Position numbers and translations under genes: made by a program. Under the pieces are notes generated by a model. The model had not been told where the DNA came from and did no database searches. It saw only the letters and a program-made list of their open reading frames with translations. Shown here in pieces: positions 50,490 to 64,000 of a stretch of 64,000 bases of DNA; the first letter of the stretch is position 1, and each line of letters starts with the position of its first letter. Source of the stretch: Camelus ferus. Lineage: Eukaryota. The DNA is taken from assembly GCF_009834535.1 (NCBI RefSeq), contig NC_045696.1:62560001-62624000 (forward strand), given 5' to 3'.

Positions 50490-50690
50490 AAATATATTAA
50501 GCACTTTACATACATGAACTTATTTGGTTCTCACCTCAACTCTATAAAGGTTTATTATTATTGGCCTCATTTTACAAGGAAGCCAACTACAGATAATTTG
50601 AGAAACTAGTAAGTGGTGGAGCTGGGATTTGAACCCAAGAATTCTGGCTCAGTAACCCATGTGCTTAGCTACTTCTCTTATACTGCCTGA
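50490..50690 (-). mobile_element. MIR SINE
   Basis: attattggcctcattttacaagga..ctagtaagtggtggagctgggatttgaacccaag. Confidence 0.8.
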
Positions 50691-52555
50691 CCAGTAGGAA
50701 CAGAAAACCATTGACTTTTCTAAAATGGAATCTTTAACTCTTAGTACAATACTGGGGTGGAAGTTGGGTTGGGTTGGTACAGTAACAGGCAATTATACTA
50801 CTACCTCAAGAATTAGAGGATTGTAAACAGGGAAGCCAACTGCGTTGATGTTAGTAACTTTTGCAGTTGCATTGCCTTTGGGCAGTGGTATTTAGGGACC
50901 TGTTTGTGCTTTTTTTTTTTTTTTTTCCAAAGAATTAGTCACATGAGTACTCTATTTTGAGATAAAAATACTTGTTTTTGGATGTTTGGATATAATTTAA
51001 TATGATCTATTAAAGAAAGAATCTTGAGGTCTTAATTTGATTTTCATCTTAGATCAAAGTTGTTTGTTATACTTGGAATCTAGGAATGTGATTGTTGCCT
51101 ACACTTCATTGTTACTTAGGAAATCTCAAACATATGTTGTATGGATCACTTATTCATTCTGTTCTGGGCTGAGTGAAACCCAGGGTTGTTGATCCTCTGT
51201 TGTACGAGTAGAGACAGTTCCATCCACACTGCTGAATGTCAGTCATTTACAAAGAGAAACTCCCTTGACTGTCTTGAACTCCTGAGCTCCCACTGAGAAT
51301 TCTTCACTTGACACATGTCACCCCTCTCTGACCCCTGAAAAGTTAAAAACAAAACAAAGCAAAACAAAACAGCAAAACGTATTTTCTCTGTACTCAGCTT
51401 CTTTTCCTCGCTGGAGGGGTTTTTGTTATTGTGGAGGCTATTGTAGAAAACCTTAGAACCGTTAAATCATTATAGATTTACAACTAGAAAAAATAAGTTG
51501 TTAAAGAAAAGATAGGAATGGTATAGAGAAATGAACCCTGGCTGCAGCTTCCCAAGCAATTCTTATAGTAATGGCCTCTCTTCCTTAGAAATATCTGGTC
51601 CCACATTATCTAAATTTTCTCATTTTGTTTTGTATGAGGACTTAAGTTTCACTTAAAAGTTTTTTTTGAAAAAAAATTTTGAAATACCCATCCTCTCTGA
51701 AAAGTCCAAATACCAAAGGGAGACTTCTTTTGCTATTATTAATTTACACAGTGGTTGAGAAAGGAAATGGAAGGGAATTGTGGTACTTTGAAGATAGGAA
51801 AAACCTCTATCAGACGCTGTAATAGCCAGAGAGAGCATCTTGGAAGAGGGTGATAGAAGTCTGGGAAGGCAGTGAGTATTTGGTGGCCTGAGGACAGGTA
51901 AGAAGTACAGAGTAGGAGAGGGTCACCAAAAGCAACATTTGAGAGGAAACTCTTGTTTTCTTAATCCAGTGCTACATTTCTTCCTGCTGCCGAGATAAAT
52001 AATCCTGAAAAGAACGTACAATCAACATGGTAACCATGGGAAAATCTTAATAACTTAATGGCCATTTGTTTTAATGTCTGTGTGTCAAATATATTCCCAG
52101 TATATATAGAGAATACATACTATTTATATGTCTGAAACTGCTATACCTCAGAGTGAACCAGAATGAACTTATGACAGGCTATTGCTTCCATACTACAGAA
52201 GCAATTATTTTAGCAGTTGGCAGTTAAAGTTTGACAGGTTGCTTTAGAAGCCAGGAATTCTCTGGAGTCTGGAAGAAGTAAGCTCCTGGAGGTGCTGCAA
52301 GGAACCTGCTTAAACAGAGCTGAAATGCTCTTGTTAGAAATCTTTTATTGTCTTCTTTCATGAGAATTGTATAAACTAAAATATGGTTATTTTTATATCT
52401 CAGATTGCTAGGTCTGATAAACTAAAAACCCTTTTGTTTCAGCAGTAAAAGAAAAAATTATATTAGTACATGTCTTAGCTCCTTATATAATTCTTTAGCT
52501 TATGAATCTTTATATTGTACAACTTCATTTAAAAAATCCTTTTATTTAATTTTAG

Positions 52556-52617
52556 GTTACGTTTAGCAAGAATGAATGAAGAGATGCGGGAATCAGAAGG
52601 ACTTTATGGACAGCCAG
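52556..52617 (+). CDS. ACAP2: ACAP2 exon 22 (62 nt): LRLARMNEEMRESEGLYGQP
   Basis: attttag|GTTA...CCAG|gtcaat (weak donor). Confidence 0.96.
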
Positions 52618-52703
52618 GTCAATATTCTACCAATAACCATACTGAAATGCAGTATAAGAAATGCATCCAGGAATTTATCAGTTTACAGTTGGAAGATTCA
52701 TAG
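52618..52703 (+). CDS. ACAP2: Alternative C-terminus by read-through of the exon 22 donor: GQYSTNNHTEMQYKKCIQEFISLQLEDS*
   Basis: Frame stays open for 28 codons to TAG at 52701-52703; resembles recalled ACAP3 C-terminus PTELQFRRCIQEFISLHLEES*. Confidence 0.85.
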
Positions 52704-55700
52704 TTCTTTAGCAAACTAACTTAATACTATAGAGTTTTTATAAATTACTTGTAAATTGTGAGTTGTTACGTATGTACTGTACTTCCTGAATTCTTGGGAG
52801 TGGCTCACTCCCGAGCCTTTAAAAATCCATAACTATTCCTATTACAGTACGCATTTACTTGCTGTATTTAACTCTGGCTGCTGACTTCTTTATCTGCTGT
52901 ACAGATGTCTTCCATATACATTCCAGTGAAGTGAACGGAATGGCAACGCATCTTTATATCCTTACAGCAGCACAACAGTCATTTTCTTTTTGGCTGTCAA
53001 GTGAATATAACAAAATTATTTTCTTTTTGTTATTCAGGGAATTTCTATAAATTGTGTTCAGGGAAAAAACCAAATCACTTTGTGTTGGCATATAAATGTC
53101 AGTATGGAAAATACCTAGAAAAAGCTTATTGGATTAAGAGTTCTGTATTTGATCTAAAAATGAATTGAAGGTTTAAAAATAAAATTTACCAGTAAGTTAA
53201 GAAGCCCACGATCAGAGTGGAGTTAGTTTAAAACGTACAGGGAAAAGGTCTCATTTTATCTTGTAGCTTTGCCCCAAGCAATTGTACACTATCTGTTGGA
53301 TAAACAGAAGTATTTAGAACAATATTTTGTGAACTTGATGGCAACATAAACTTATTTTTATTAGAGAAATCTCAACTCAGGATCAGCTCAAGCCTCATTT
53401 TGAGTAATTTTTATCTTTGAGTTGAGATGTCAAGAAAAGCAAGAAATGTTGCTGATAAGATTTCTTTCTTGATGAACACATCCTAATTAGACATTCTTCA
53501 CAAAGAAGAGAATAATAATTAGATCTCCAGTTTCATGAATTTCAGTATATGAATGACTAATTTATCTGTTTTAAATTCATATACATGTTGGTTAAAAATT
53601 TCAGGAATTCATGACCAAAATAATTGAGAGTGTTCAGTTTTCAGTGAGTACATTTGATTTTTTCAATGAATATTAATATATTATTTTAAAAGTAGCTTGT
53701 AATATCATCTATTTTTCCTGTTTAAGTATGTTTTGAAATTTCTGTACTTTATGCTAGCTTTAGCCATTTACTTTTATTTTAACCAGATTAACATATAATT
53801 GATATAAAAATGGGACCATTCTTAGAGGACTGTATTTACTACTTATTTTTGGTCTAATTTAATAGGGAGCAAGTAAGAACTCTGAGAATAGAGGCACTTC
53901 AGCTAGGTACTTCTAATCTAGGGTGTCCCACTTTAATCCTATGGATCAAACAATACTACTGATTCATGATGTACCACGATGTAAGAGTGCTGATTAAGGG
54001 TGAAGTGTCAGTATTAATTCTGAATTTCACCTATTTGTTTTAAACTTGAATGTTAGATTTTAAATAAGTTATAATTTTGTAACAGATATACTTAAAAGAT
54101 AGTATTACTAGGCCATTTTTGAGGCCTTTGTGTTTAAGCACTTTAAAATGAACATTATTCAAAGAATATGATCTGATATGGGAGATAAGAGTGAACTTCA
54201 AGTTTTGAGTGAACTTCAGGTTTTAAGTTAAACAATTTTTTTTTTCCCTGAAATTTTAAACATAAATGTTTGGTCAGCTGCTCTTTCCTTAAGGTGTTTG
54301 CTGATGAAATTACACCCAACAGATTAGTCAGAAGGTCAGTGGTCGACTTTTTCTCTGGAGCTGGGAAGCTTGGAAGGACAGGTCCTCTGTGTTCTTGCAA
54401 CTTCTAGTTCCACCCAGACTGCCTGGGCTTCTGCCGCTGTGTAGGAGCATTCACATGTGTCTTTCACTGTCGTTTTATGTGTAAGTTGATGAGTATATAC
54501 CTTCCAGTCATCGGTACAAAAACAGATTTTTCTCATTTATTTGAGTAAAAATTTGAAAGAAAAAGCTTTATTTAAAAAATAAAAAAACGAGCTTTTCTAC
54601 TACCACTCTCAAATTTTAGTGTAGAAAAGATTAAAAATACATCAGAATTCTGGAAATGGTGTATCAGCAGAATAAAATGAGATTCTGATTTGATCATAAT
54701 TAGATTTTAAATTCATTTAGAGAGTCTCATATTTAAAGCAGAACAACTTTATACTTATACAGGTGACGTGGTGAAATGGCTCAGTAATTGCTCTGGCTAC
54801 TTTTCCTTTGTGAGTCTTTGGAGAGCGGATGTTTTTGCTCAGGCAGCAGGCCTTTTTCTGCTTTCTGCTTATCACTGTAAATTTTTCTCTCGTTTTTTGA
54901 TGCCTAGCAATAGAAAGAAAGCCTCAGAATTCTGGGTAATTTTAAAATACAGGTATTTTCAATGTTTTCATTGTAAAGAGCCCTATCATTTTAAAGATTC
55001 AGATACAATTTTGGAAACTATGGACCTATTTCTAGGAACCCTCGCTTTAGAACTTCTGGCCTACAACCCTAAGGACCTGAGGCTCCCTATCTTTTTGCAA
55101 GATGATGTAAGAGCACACATTTCCTGAAGGGAAGATGTATCCCTCTTTATCGGTTCCCACAGCTCTTAGGAGGACTGGGTGGGTGAGTGCAATATCACAT
55201 CCTGCTCTCGATTGTTGGAAACCAATTTGGTGATTCCCACAGTCTCTGGCTCTGGGACTCCTCTTGATTGTGGCAGTTTCTCAGCCAGTAGAAAATCACC
55301 ACTTTAGTGAACCACCACTGGCTACTAGAGTATGTGGCCGGTGAAGACTGATTAATGATCTAATTGGTTATAAAAAGGAAGCTGCAATTAACCCAGAAGG
55401 GGCAGGATCATACACTGATCACCTGGGGGTGGGGTCTCATATGCTGCTGTCTTTGAGAGGAGTACATTTCAAGAGTAAAATCAGCAAATTTGGATCATAA
55501 CTGTGGTTGTAGTGGTTATTCTGAATACCAAAAATCAAAAACTGTCTTAAACTGTCAGTGGAAATAAAGCAGTCCAATTTTAAAGACTCAGAACTGTCCA
55601 GGCACATAGAAAGGTTAACTTTCTGAAGAGAAATAGAATGTGATTAAGTAATTTAAAGAATATAACTTAGTACTACAAATATTGAGTGGTTAGTTGTTTA

Positions 55701-58234
55701 CTGTTTATAATAAAGTGTTAAATGTACTTATATGAACTTTCCAGGGCAACATATTCTGGGTTATTGTTTATGTATTCTAGTGTAGACAAGTTATATTTGC
55801 CTTGGGAAACATTCTAAATGATTAAAATTGTATTTAAAGAATCACATTGAAGTTCAGTTTGTGTTAACTGTATTACATTTCTCAGTATTGTAATTGTAAT
55901 GTTTGCTTTTTGACAACACATTTTGAGGCCTAAGAAAGGTATTATATTGATAGTCCATTAATTAATGTTTGGTTAGAAACTGGATGTTAACAAAAAGTTT
56001 TGTGTGAGCATTTGAAGGTGAGACTTCCTTTTGTGTTAACTCTTTTAAAATGTATTCAGTAAGTGAAACCAATGATTAGTATAGCACCAACACTTTCCTT
56101 CAAGGAAGCATTTAATTCAGTGAATAAAAAATCTTATAATTTGTTTGCATGGTACAATGGTTCTACTAGAATGTACTTGTGTAATAGGTATTAGATGATT
56201 TAAAAACAAAAACTGGAAAACCACAAAAAGAAAAAAAAATCCCACAGCTTGTTATACAAAATATGCATTGCTAATAGTAGAAGCCATATATTGCCATTGT
56301 ACTGTTGTAATACTTAAGAATGCTCATCTGGTGCTATCTGTAAACTATTTGGCATTAGCGTCTGCTAGATCCTTCCTATTTCTTCTTGAATGTATAATGT
56401 GTGCCTTTTAAGTTACTTTTGGTGTTGAATAGTAAAAATCAGTGTGGTATTTTTGTATTATAATCTGCACTTTACACTTTCTTGGAAAGTAAATTCCAGA
56501 CTCTCCAGTTCATAGTATTTTTTAAATGTTTATAATGTTTACAATAAATATTTTCAATATTTTAATTCAACATCTAAGAATAAGAAAAACTTTAAATATT
56601 TTGTATGGTTTGTTAATTGATATTTAATGTTGGTCTCTTCTCAGTTTATTTTATATCTTTTAGAATGGCTAAAAATGGGAATAGATTGTAGTTTGTCTTT
56701 TAATGTGGGAGTAAGCTTTCATCAAATCATGGGTGTAATTGGATTGTCTTTACCAGTTGTTCCAGCATATCAACCTTTATTTTTATTGTTTTAGTAACAA
56801 TAATATGAGTTAGATTTTACTCTTAGCCACAACCTATTAAGATTCTCTTACTGGTTTTTTGTTTTTTTCTTTTTTAAGTAGAGTGGTTGATTCAGGTCAT
56901 GAGAAAATTTCCAGGGCTAAATGAAAACTATATAGATATTTTAATAACTTGCTTTTTACACTGACTAAATATTAAAAGCATTAAAAATTTTTATTGAAAA
57001 TCTTGGGTTATGCTTTTAGACCTTTTTACTAGATCTTTACCTCCTTCCCCCAATTTTTTTCTAATTCTCTTAGTGTTTGGTATGACATCTATTGCCTCAA
57101 AAAATCTCGCTTTTTACAAGCTGACAAAACTTATTGCACTATTAACAGCAACTGTAGCAATAAGTTTGTAATAAGATGGATGCAAGGTATCTCATGGGGA
57201 AAAATTATAAAACCATATTGAAACAATAATCGTCTAAAACAGTATTTGACAATCTAAATCTTGAAAACAGAACTATGCCAAGCTTCTGTATAAGACTGAT
57301 ATGTTTAACAGGAAGCATTCATGATGAATGATTCATCTTGAAAATAAGATTTTATTTTATACAGATCTTTTGCCTGAGGAGTTAATCATGTGTGTATATA
57401 TTTATTTATAGTTTTTCATGGCAAGAAAAAGGTATTCAATCTGCTATATCAGTGTCTATAATTTACTTCTCTACAATCATATTTGTATGTGTATACATAT
57501 GTATTACTCTAATTTAACAGATGTCTTTGGTATTTATTGCCCCTTTGTTATAGTGTCCTTGCTCATATAACCTACAGTAAACAAAAAAAAAACCTTCTTG
57601 ACTAAATGTGAAACTGATTTTAAAGTCATTTTCTGGGCTTTATTATTTTATAAGCTTAGTAAACAGTGGATTAGATGCATTAGTTTTACTTAAGTATTAA
57701 AGTTTGAACAAAGATTTACTTTTCACATGCTATTTAATTTAAAATGCCTTTAATTAAAAGACAATATTAAAATAGGAGGCTTTTCCCCCACCTGGGTATC
57801 AGTTTTGTCTTGCTAATAACTTGCATCCATCAGAAACATTAGTATTTGTCTTTGGTCTTTTCTTTTGGCCTTGATCAAGGGAAATATTTGTTTAAAGAAT
57901 GCCTTGTTTATTATACCTCATTTAGAATGACTTTTATTTCTCATGTGTTAATAAATGTATTTCTTTACATTGCTTTAAAATACTGGCATCTTTGCTCTTT
58001 TCTAACTCTGAGCTTTCTTCTGTGGCTGCCTCTGAGGTGCTTTGTTCAGGTATAGTTTTTTTCTCTTTCACTGTGTAACTTTCCAGCACTTAATTAGTTG
58101 GTCTTTTTTCTTTCAAAAATGCTCATTTTAATATAATGAATTATAAAATAGTTACTAATCATAAAAATAAACGTTGCTTATTAGTACTTTCTTTGGGTAG
58201 ATTTTAAAAGTGTCTTTATTTTACTTTCATGCAG

Positions 58235-58335
58235 GTGATGAAACTTACCAGGACATTTTTCGTGATTTCTCCCAAATGGCATCCAATAATCCAGAGAAAC
58301 TAAATCGTTTCCAGCAAGATTCACAGAAATTTTGA
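58235..58335 (+). CDS. ACAP2: ACAP2 exon 23, coding part (101 nt): GDETYQDIFRDFSQMASNNPEKLNRFQQDSQKF*
   Basis: ttcatgcag|GTGAT...TTT TGA. Confidence 0.97.
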
Positions 58336-61300
58336 ATTTTCTCAAGAAGGGGGAAAATATTAAATCTGGTGACTCCCTAATGTATACATCTGAAAACTCA
58401 CAAATTTTTACTGCTTTAATTCTTACTTAATTTTAGTAGATATTGAGTGACTTGGAAAAAAGGTACTCATTCATTGATATTTTTATAAATCAAAACATAA
58501 ATCTCTAGTAGTTGGGAGAGGAACCTACTTTAAGACCTCTTTTATTTTAAAAATAAAAGCCTGTTTAAAGGGCTGCTTTTTATAGCTAAAAATTGAATCT
58601 AGACTTCAGCCGTCTCTATGATATAAGATGCTAAGAGTTTAGACAAAAATCTCTTTTTTTGCCAATGGGTGGTAGCATTGATTTTTTTTTTTATTCTGTG
58701 CATCGTGCCCAGAACCATTCAGTCAAGCACGTCTGCAGCAAGTGGGAGTCTGATGTCCTGCCTGAGTCAAGAGTACGTCTTTGCTTTAGCTTCCGTGATG
58801 CTGGTGATTCAGAAATAGTTTTTTTGTTTTTTGATAGCCTACCTATCATATACACAATATGCGATTTAGCTGTTAGAACTAGAGAATATGTTTCCCCCGT
58901 TTGCCCATAAATGCAGTTATATTCCTCAGCTATTGTCCAGGAGTTTAACATCCATATAATGGCTATACAGATAGATATAACTTAGTCTTTTAGGTTTATT
59001 CCATTTTATGAAGCAAAAAGAAGCCCTTAACAAAAAAAAATTTTTTTTTAATTACCCAAAGAATCTCAGTTATAGAAGTTGTAGTTCTTCATTATTGGGT
59101 TGATTTCCTAAAACCTTGACAAATTTATTGATGTAATAAAACTGTTTCAAAGGTTACTTGAATGTTACAAAATTATGCTTCATCAGATTGTAACTATCAA
59201 AGGAAAAGTTGATTTATAAAATACAGAACATTTTTATATTTGCAATTTGTCCTTTTCAAGATATATTTTTTGCTATTGCTCCTAGTAAAAGGAAAAATCT
59301 CTGTAAAAGGAGAAAAAATACTCAAGTTTTTTTAGTCTATACTAAAATATATAGCAATAAATTGCTTTTTAATTTTTCTAACATCTATTATGTGTACTTG
59401 TACACATTGTACATTCTTTTAAGTTGTAGCATCTATATAGCTTTTGTGTTTGGTTACATGAATAATAGACCCTTGAATTCCAAAATATTATGGATATTAT
59501 GCTACAAATTAGTTTGATTCTTTGATGTATCACGTTAGGAGTATAATATAATTGAGTAATTTGCCTTATGATTTCTTTCTAGTATTATCAACAATTAATT
59601 TTCAGTTTCTTTTCCAAGTTACATGTAAATAATATTATTGATACTCAGTTTCTAAGTAAGAGAGGTTTTTAAACTTGAGTTATCAAATAAGTAGAGAAAT
59701 TCATTGAGTAGAGGATAAATTTTCTAACATTTTCCCACCAGTAAGGAGAGTTTTCGAAGTTGACTGAACATCAAATCAGAATCTGTCTAAACAGGAACTA
59801 TACTGAAATAAATTAATGTCACAGAAAAGGTTCTATATTTGGCCAGATTGCGTACATATAATGCTTATTTAGTAATAATCACTGTGCATGAGATAAGGAT
59901 AAAAATATATTTATGAATTATTTCTAAAGAAACACTGACTTCCAAAGCCTAGTATTTTAATTACAACAATAACAAGAATATTGAATCTTTCCTGTTCCAC
60001 CTCAGATCACCTGGCTTTGCAGAAGTCTGATTTGTAGCATTTTTATTAATGTACTTTGAAACTAGCAGTCTGAAAAGCTCAAGAATAAGGAAATATGTTG
60101 AAAAAAGAAAAGAAAGAAAGTAAGAAAGGAAAGAGAGCCTCACTTTTCCTTTGCAGTGCCTATTCCTTTTTTTGTCCTAGGACTTCATCTGAGGAAGCCT
60201 AGGCCATTTTTCCTTTTGGATCCAGCCTTTGGTCTTCAGATCATTTCTGGGATCTCTGGTTGTGAAAGCAATTCTTTATGACATTCTTAACTCCTGTGGC
60301 TTCAGTGTTGAGTTGATAATGTGGCAGTAATTAGTGTCTACTTAAATTTAATGTACTAGACGTTAGAGATATATTTCAAGTGCACTAAATATGATTATGG
60401 TTCTGAACATCTTCAGAGAAGGTGAAATCTTTTAACAGTACAGGGAGCCTGTATATACAAAAGTACACTTACGTAGCTTGATTTCTTGAATAGGCTAAGA
60501 CTCAATTTGGATTAAATTTGGCAAAAATGATGCAGTACTGAGAGCAAGACTTTAAATTAACGGTTACATGCAGTTACAGAGTAGCTCTTAACAAGGTGAA
60601 TTTAGATGTGTCAGCTAATAGCTTTTCTATAGTATGTAACAAATCTGTTTCCTTATGTTGTGAATTATTCACTACAAGATGATAAATTATAGTATAAACA
60701 ATGTTAATCATACTCTTGGAATTTATAAGTCAATTTGATTGTCCTTTGTCTTCTTTTCCTAACTGATCTGCTGATATTAGTTTCTGATTCCTTATCATTA
60801 TTCCATTAGCTCATTATCATTAGCTCATTAACTTGAAAGTTAGATTAATCTCAAAATAAGAATAGCAGTACTAAGTATGAGGAGTTCATAAAATGCGGTT
60901 TCATGTTAGAACCAGACTAAAGGTAACTGAATAGTTCTGTGCAGTTTTTCATTGTAACACTTACATGTTTAAGATTTCTAAAGTTTTAAAATTTTAGTAC
61001 AATCCTTAGAAATTCAGAAGTTTCCAGGGATTCACTACATTACAGTGTTTGTCTAATTTATGCTGATCTTCACTATAGATGTTAATGTACTTTGATGTTT
61101 ACTTTCTAAAACATACAGATTAATTTGGAATATGTACTTTGGTTCTTAAAGAGTGCATTTGGAAAAAAAATTATACTTTCACAATCTGGACAACTTAACT
61201 TTTGTGATATGTTAAGTAGTATTTTAAAAATACAGTTTTATATAAGTAAAGTGTGGTTACAATAAGCCAAATTATATTTAGGACTAAATTTACTATCCAT

Positions 61301-62710
61301 TTTGAATAATAAGACATTCCCATATCGCTCTTATATTGTCAAATTAAATTTTCTGTTTGGTAGCACTTTTAACCATGGATATGAGCTGGAAAAATGATAT
61401 ATTTTCATAGAATTGTCTGTCCAGGATAACTTGAGACCTGCACGATACAGTGGAAAGAGCACTGACTAGTACTTACTGCTCTTTTTGGATTCAGAGCTCC
61501 TCACAAATAAAATGAATGGGATGAAACAAGGTGAAACTATAACAACATCCCTTCGTATACTGTGCTGCTGCTCACAGTGTACTTTGATGTTACCTTGAAG
61601 GATTCTCACAGCAGGACTTCTGAGACATTAATCTTGGAGCACCAACATTGTCTCTTTGATCCTGGGCTGCTGCTCTTGTTTTACAGCGCAGGTCACTGGT
61701 TTGCGGGTTGGTGGCACAGCTGACACCAGTTATGTCATGACACCATGAGTGACTGCTAGTCAGAGGCATTTTTCTCCTGTCATGAAATGATTTGAAATCA
61801 TTGTAAAGCAACAAAATCTGATAATGACTGCCAGCTTTCCTTGTGTTTTGATAACAAATACTCCAAATATTCTGGAGAACTTGGGTATAAAATTACTTTG
61901 AAGGAATAGACTAGGATTTGAAGACATTAAATTGTAGGAAATTTTATGTTTTTACAGTAACAAACATTAATGAAAGGAAAACATTATAAAGGTAATTTTA
62001 ATTCTCCATATGCTTATCAGTTTCTTGATGCTTCTAAAGGAAGACAACTAAAAGGGGCATGGATTCAGATTGGCTAAATCTTGACATCTATAAACATGAT
62101 TTGTGAACATCCTTTTCTGTTTACATATATTTATCTACTAAAATGAGATAATGGGAGGGAAGCAAGGTTTGATTAAATAAACTTTTCTCTCCATTGGTCT
62201 TTTCACTATCTTACGTACTAGATTTTCTTATTTTTCCTCAACACACCTCCCCACCTTTTGGATGTTAATTTTAAACAGGGAAAGCTCACTACATTATGAA
62301 GAATGTTGGCACCAATTATTTTACACAAAGGCTAAGCGAACGGTTAACTTTTGGAAATGATGAGCTACTTTTCTATATTTGTTTACTTGTGCTTTGTGAT
62401 ATTTCTGGATCATTCCAGTCATAAAGACTTATTACATGTAATATTTCTTGCTACCTGTGAAAAAGTATATTTTAAAGAATGTATAACCAACCATCCATTT
62501 ACTTTTTATTAGTAGGTAGAGAATTTGTTTGTATCTAATTCATGAATGTAGTTTCACTGTAGGATGTCATTGTAAATGGAGCAAAGTACGTTATCTTTAT
62601 AGTTATTCTAAATGTACATTATGTAAGAATTGTAAATATTATACCTGATTAAATACTTTGTATGCTGAGAAATTATGTTAAGTCAATAAAAATCTCACTG
62701 CTGGCATAGT
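58336..62710 (+). other. ACAP2: ACAP2 canonical 3'UTR (end approximate)
   Basis: AU-rich, TE-poor sequence after the stop; TGTAHATA motifs at 59624, 60450 and 62631; TGTTTACA at 62118; ends near AATAAA at 62685. Confidence 0.7.
62685..62690 (+). terminator. Probable distal polyadenylation signal AATAAA
   Basis: AATAAA preceded by several TGTA motifs and followed by U-rich sequence; TEs resume a few hundred nt downstream. Confidence 0.6.
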
Positions 62711-63365
62711 TCTTTTATGCTCAGATTTCTACTTTATTGTGAACTGAAATTGCAGACATACCTGTTAACAGTTGTCATGTTTAAGGTCCAATATTCCTTT
62801 CCACTCCTGCCAAATTGGTCTGGATTGATCCTATTTGCTGATTGCTTCAATCATGAAATCCATTTTGATCTTTTAAATATTTTCTTCTGTCTGATCACAG
62901 AGCTGTATGTCTCCTAATTCATTAGCTAAAAACCACAAAAAGGCTTTTTTAATTTTTTTTTTGGCCCTAATTTTTTTCCCATTATGATTGAGACATCTGT
63001 TGAAGTTTCTAATCTAGGCAACACATTCACACTGAATCCTTTTAGTAAACAGACAGAAACATGTTTTTCTGTGAATTGAGACTGAAGGAATAGAAAGTTG
63101 AAGGAACAGACCTGGAAGTGAATTGCCTGTTTTTGCCTTTCCTTTAAAAATTAATTGAAAGCAGACACCTCAGACTTTTCTATATAATTTGCTTTATTCC
63201 ACTTCATTTCATTTTCAGAATAGTTCTTTGATGAAGAGAACCCAAACCAATAGTAAATGTTTTAAAGGAAAACAGCCTACTTTTCCTTATAAAACAGTGC
63301 TTTTTCACTTTAGAAAAGTGTTTAAATAGTAATAAGTAAAGAATTCCATCATAATTCCATTGTCT

Positions 63366-63568
63366 GATTGTGCTGTTCAGTATGGTATCTACCAGCCATG
63401 TGGCTATTGAAATTTAATTAAAATTAGACAAAATTAAGAGTTCGGTTCACCTGTTGAACTGCCACATTTTTAAGAGCTCACTAGCCATGCAGCTAGTGAC
63501 TACTGTTTTGAATAGGGCAGATTATAGAACATCCTCATCATCCTAGGAAGGGGTGTTGGATAGTACAG
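63366..63568. mobile_element. MER3/MER33-like hAT-Charlie element
   Basis: tgtgctgttcagtatggta..cagccatgtggctattg..ctagccatgcagctagtgactactgttttgaatagggcaga. Confidence 0.75.
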
Positions 63569-64000
63569 AGGGGGAAGCTTTTGCTTCCTTGGTATCTACC
63601 CTTCTAGACCTTTGGGTGTGTGTATTTATATTTATATACAATGGGATCACACTGTTTTGTTTTTTCACTTAATAAATGAGCAAGTTTCTAAGTCCTTATG
63701 AATGCTGCATCACTTTTGGAAGTATTTTAAAAAATATTTTTATTATTGAAAATTTCAATACTCCCACCCATTTTTTTCTCTTCCCTAGTTTTTTTTTAAA
63801 CCAAATGCCAGATATTTCAATAAATCATTGTGTATCTCTAAAAGAAGGACTCTTAAAAGTCATTATCACTCAAACTATGAAACTATATAGTCGTATTCAG
63901 ATTTTCCCAGTGTCCTAAATGTGTTCTTTGAAAGGAGATTCTTCAAACCAAAATTCATGTAAGTTCCATTCATTGCAGTTGGCTAATTTCTCTTGAGTTT

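Noticed and set aside
54768..55127. 119-aa ORF in the last intron, and similar ORFs at 58659, 59209 and 18978
   Set aside because: Mostly non-ATG starts, no recognisable domain or exon structure; length is consistent with chance.

Overview
AT-rich, repeat-rich mammalian genomic DNA, most likely camelid (alpaca, llama or camel), judging by five copies of a Vic-1-like tRNA-derived SINE. The window holds the 3' part of ACAP2 (centaurin-beta2; BAR-PH-ArfGAP-ankyrin) on the + strand: 19 canonical coding exons (exons 5-23 in human numbering, from memory) with GT-AG boundaries, and a 3'UTR of about 4.4 kb. Main points of interest: (1) four non-canonical in-frame coding segments, namely a 12-nt microexon (AALQ), a 21-nt microexon in the PH domain (KKPDHIR), a 105-nt cassette exon (RRESLFCPDELDSLFSYFD) and a read-through alternative C-terminus (..CIQEFISLQLEDS*). 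Three of these resemble the paralogue ACAP3 at the same positions, which suggests a hidden ACAP3-like ACAP2 isoform with its own 3'UTR. (2) A 1-bp insertion in exon 19 creates an immediate TGA before most of the ankyrin repeats; this is either an assembly error or a loss-of-function allele. (3) An intronic U1 snRNA retropseudogene. The introns carry L1, L2, MIR, MLT1, MER5/MER58/MER8/MER33-type elements and microsatellites. All protein and repeat-family comparisons are from memory, not from database searches. Most entries in the ORF track are spurious or L1 remnants.
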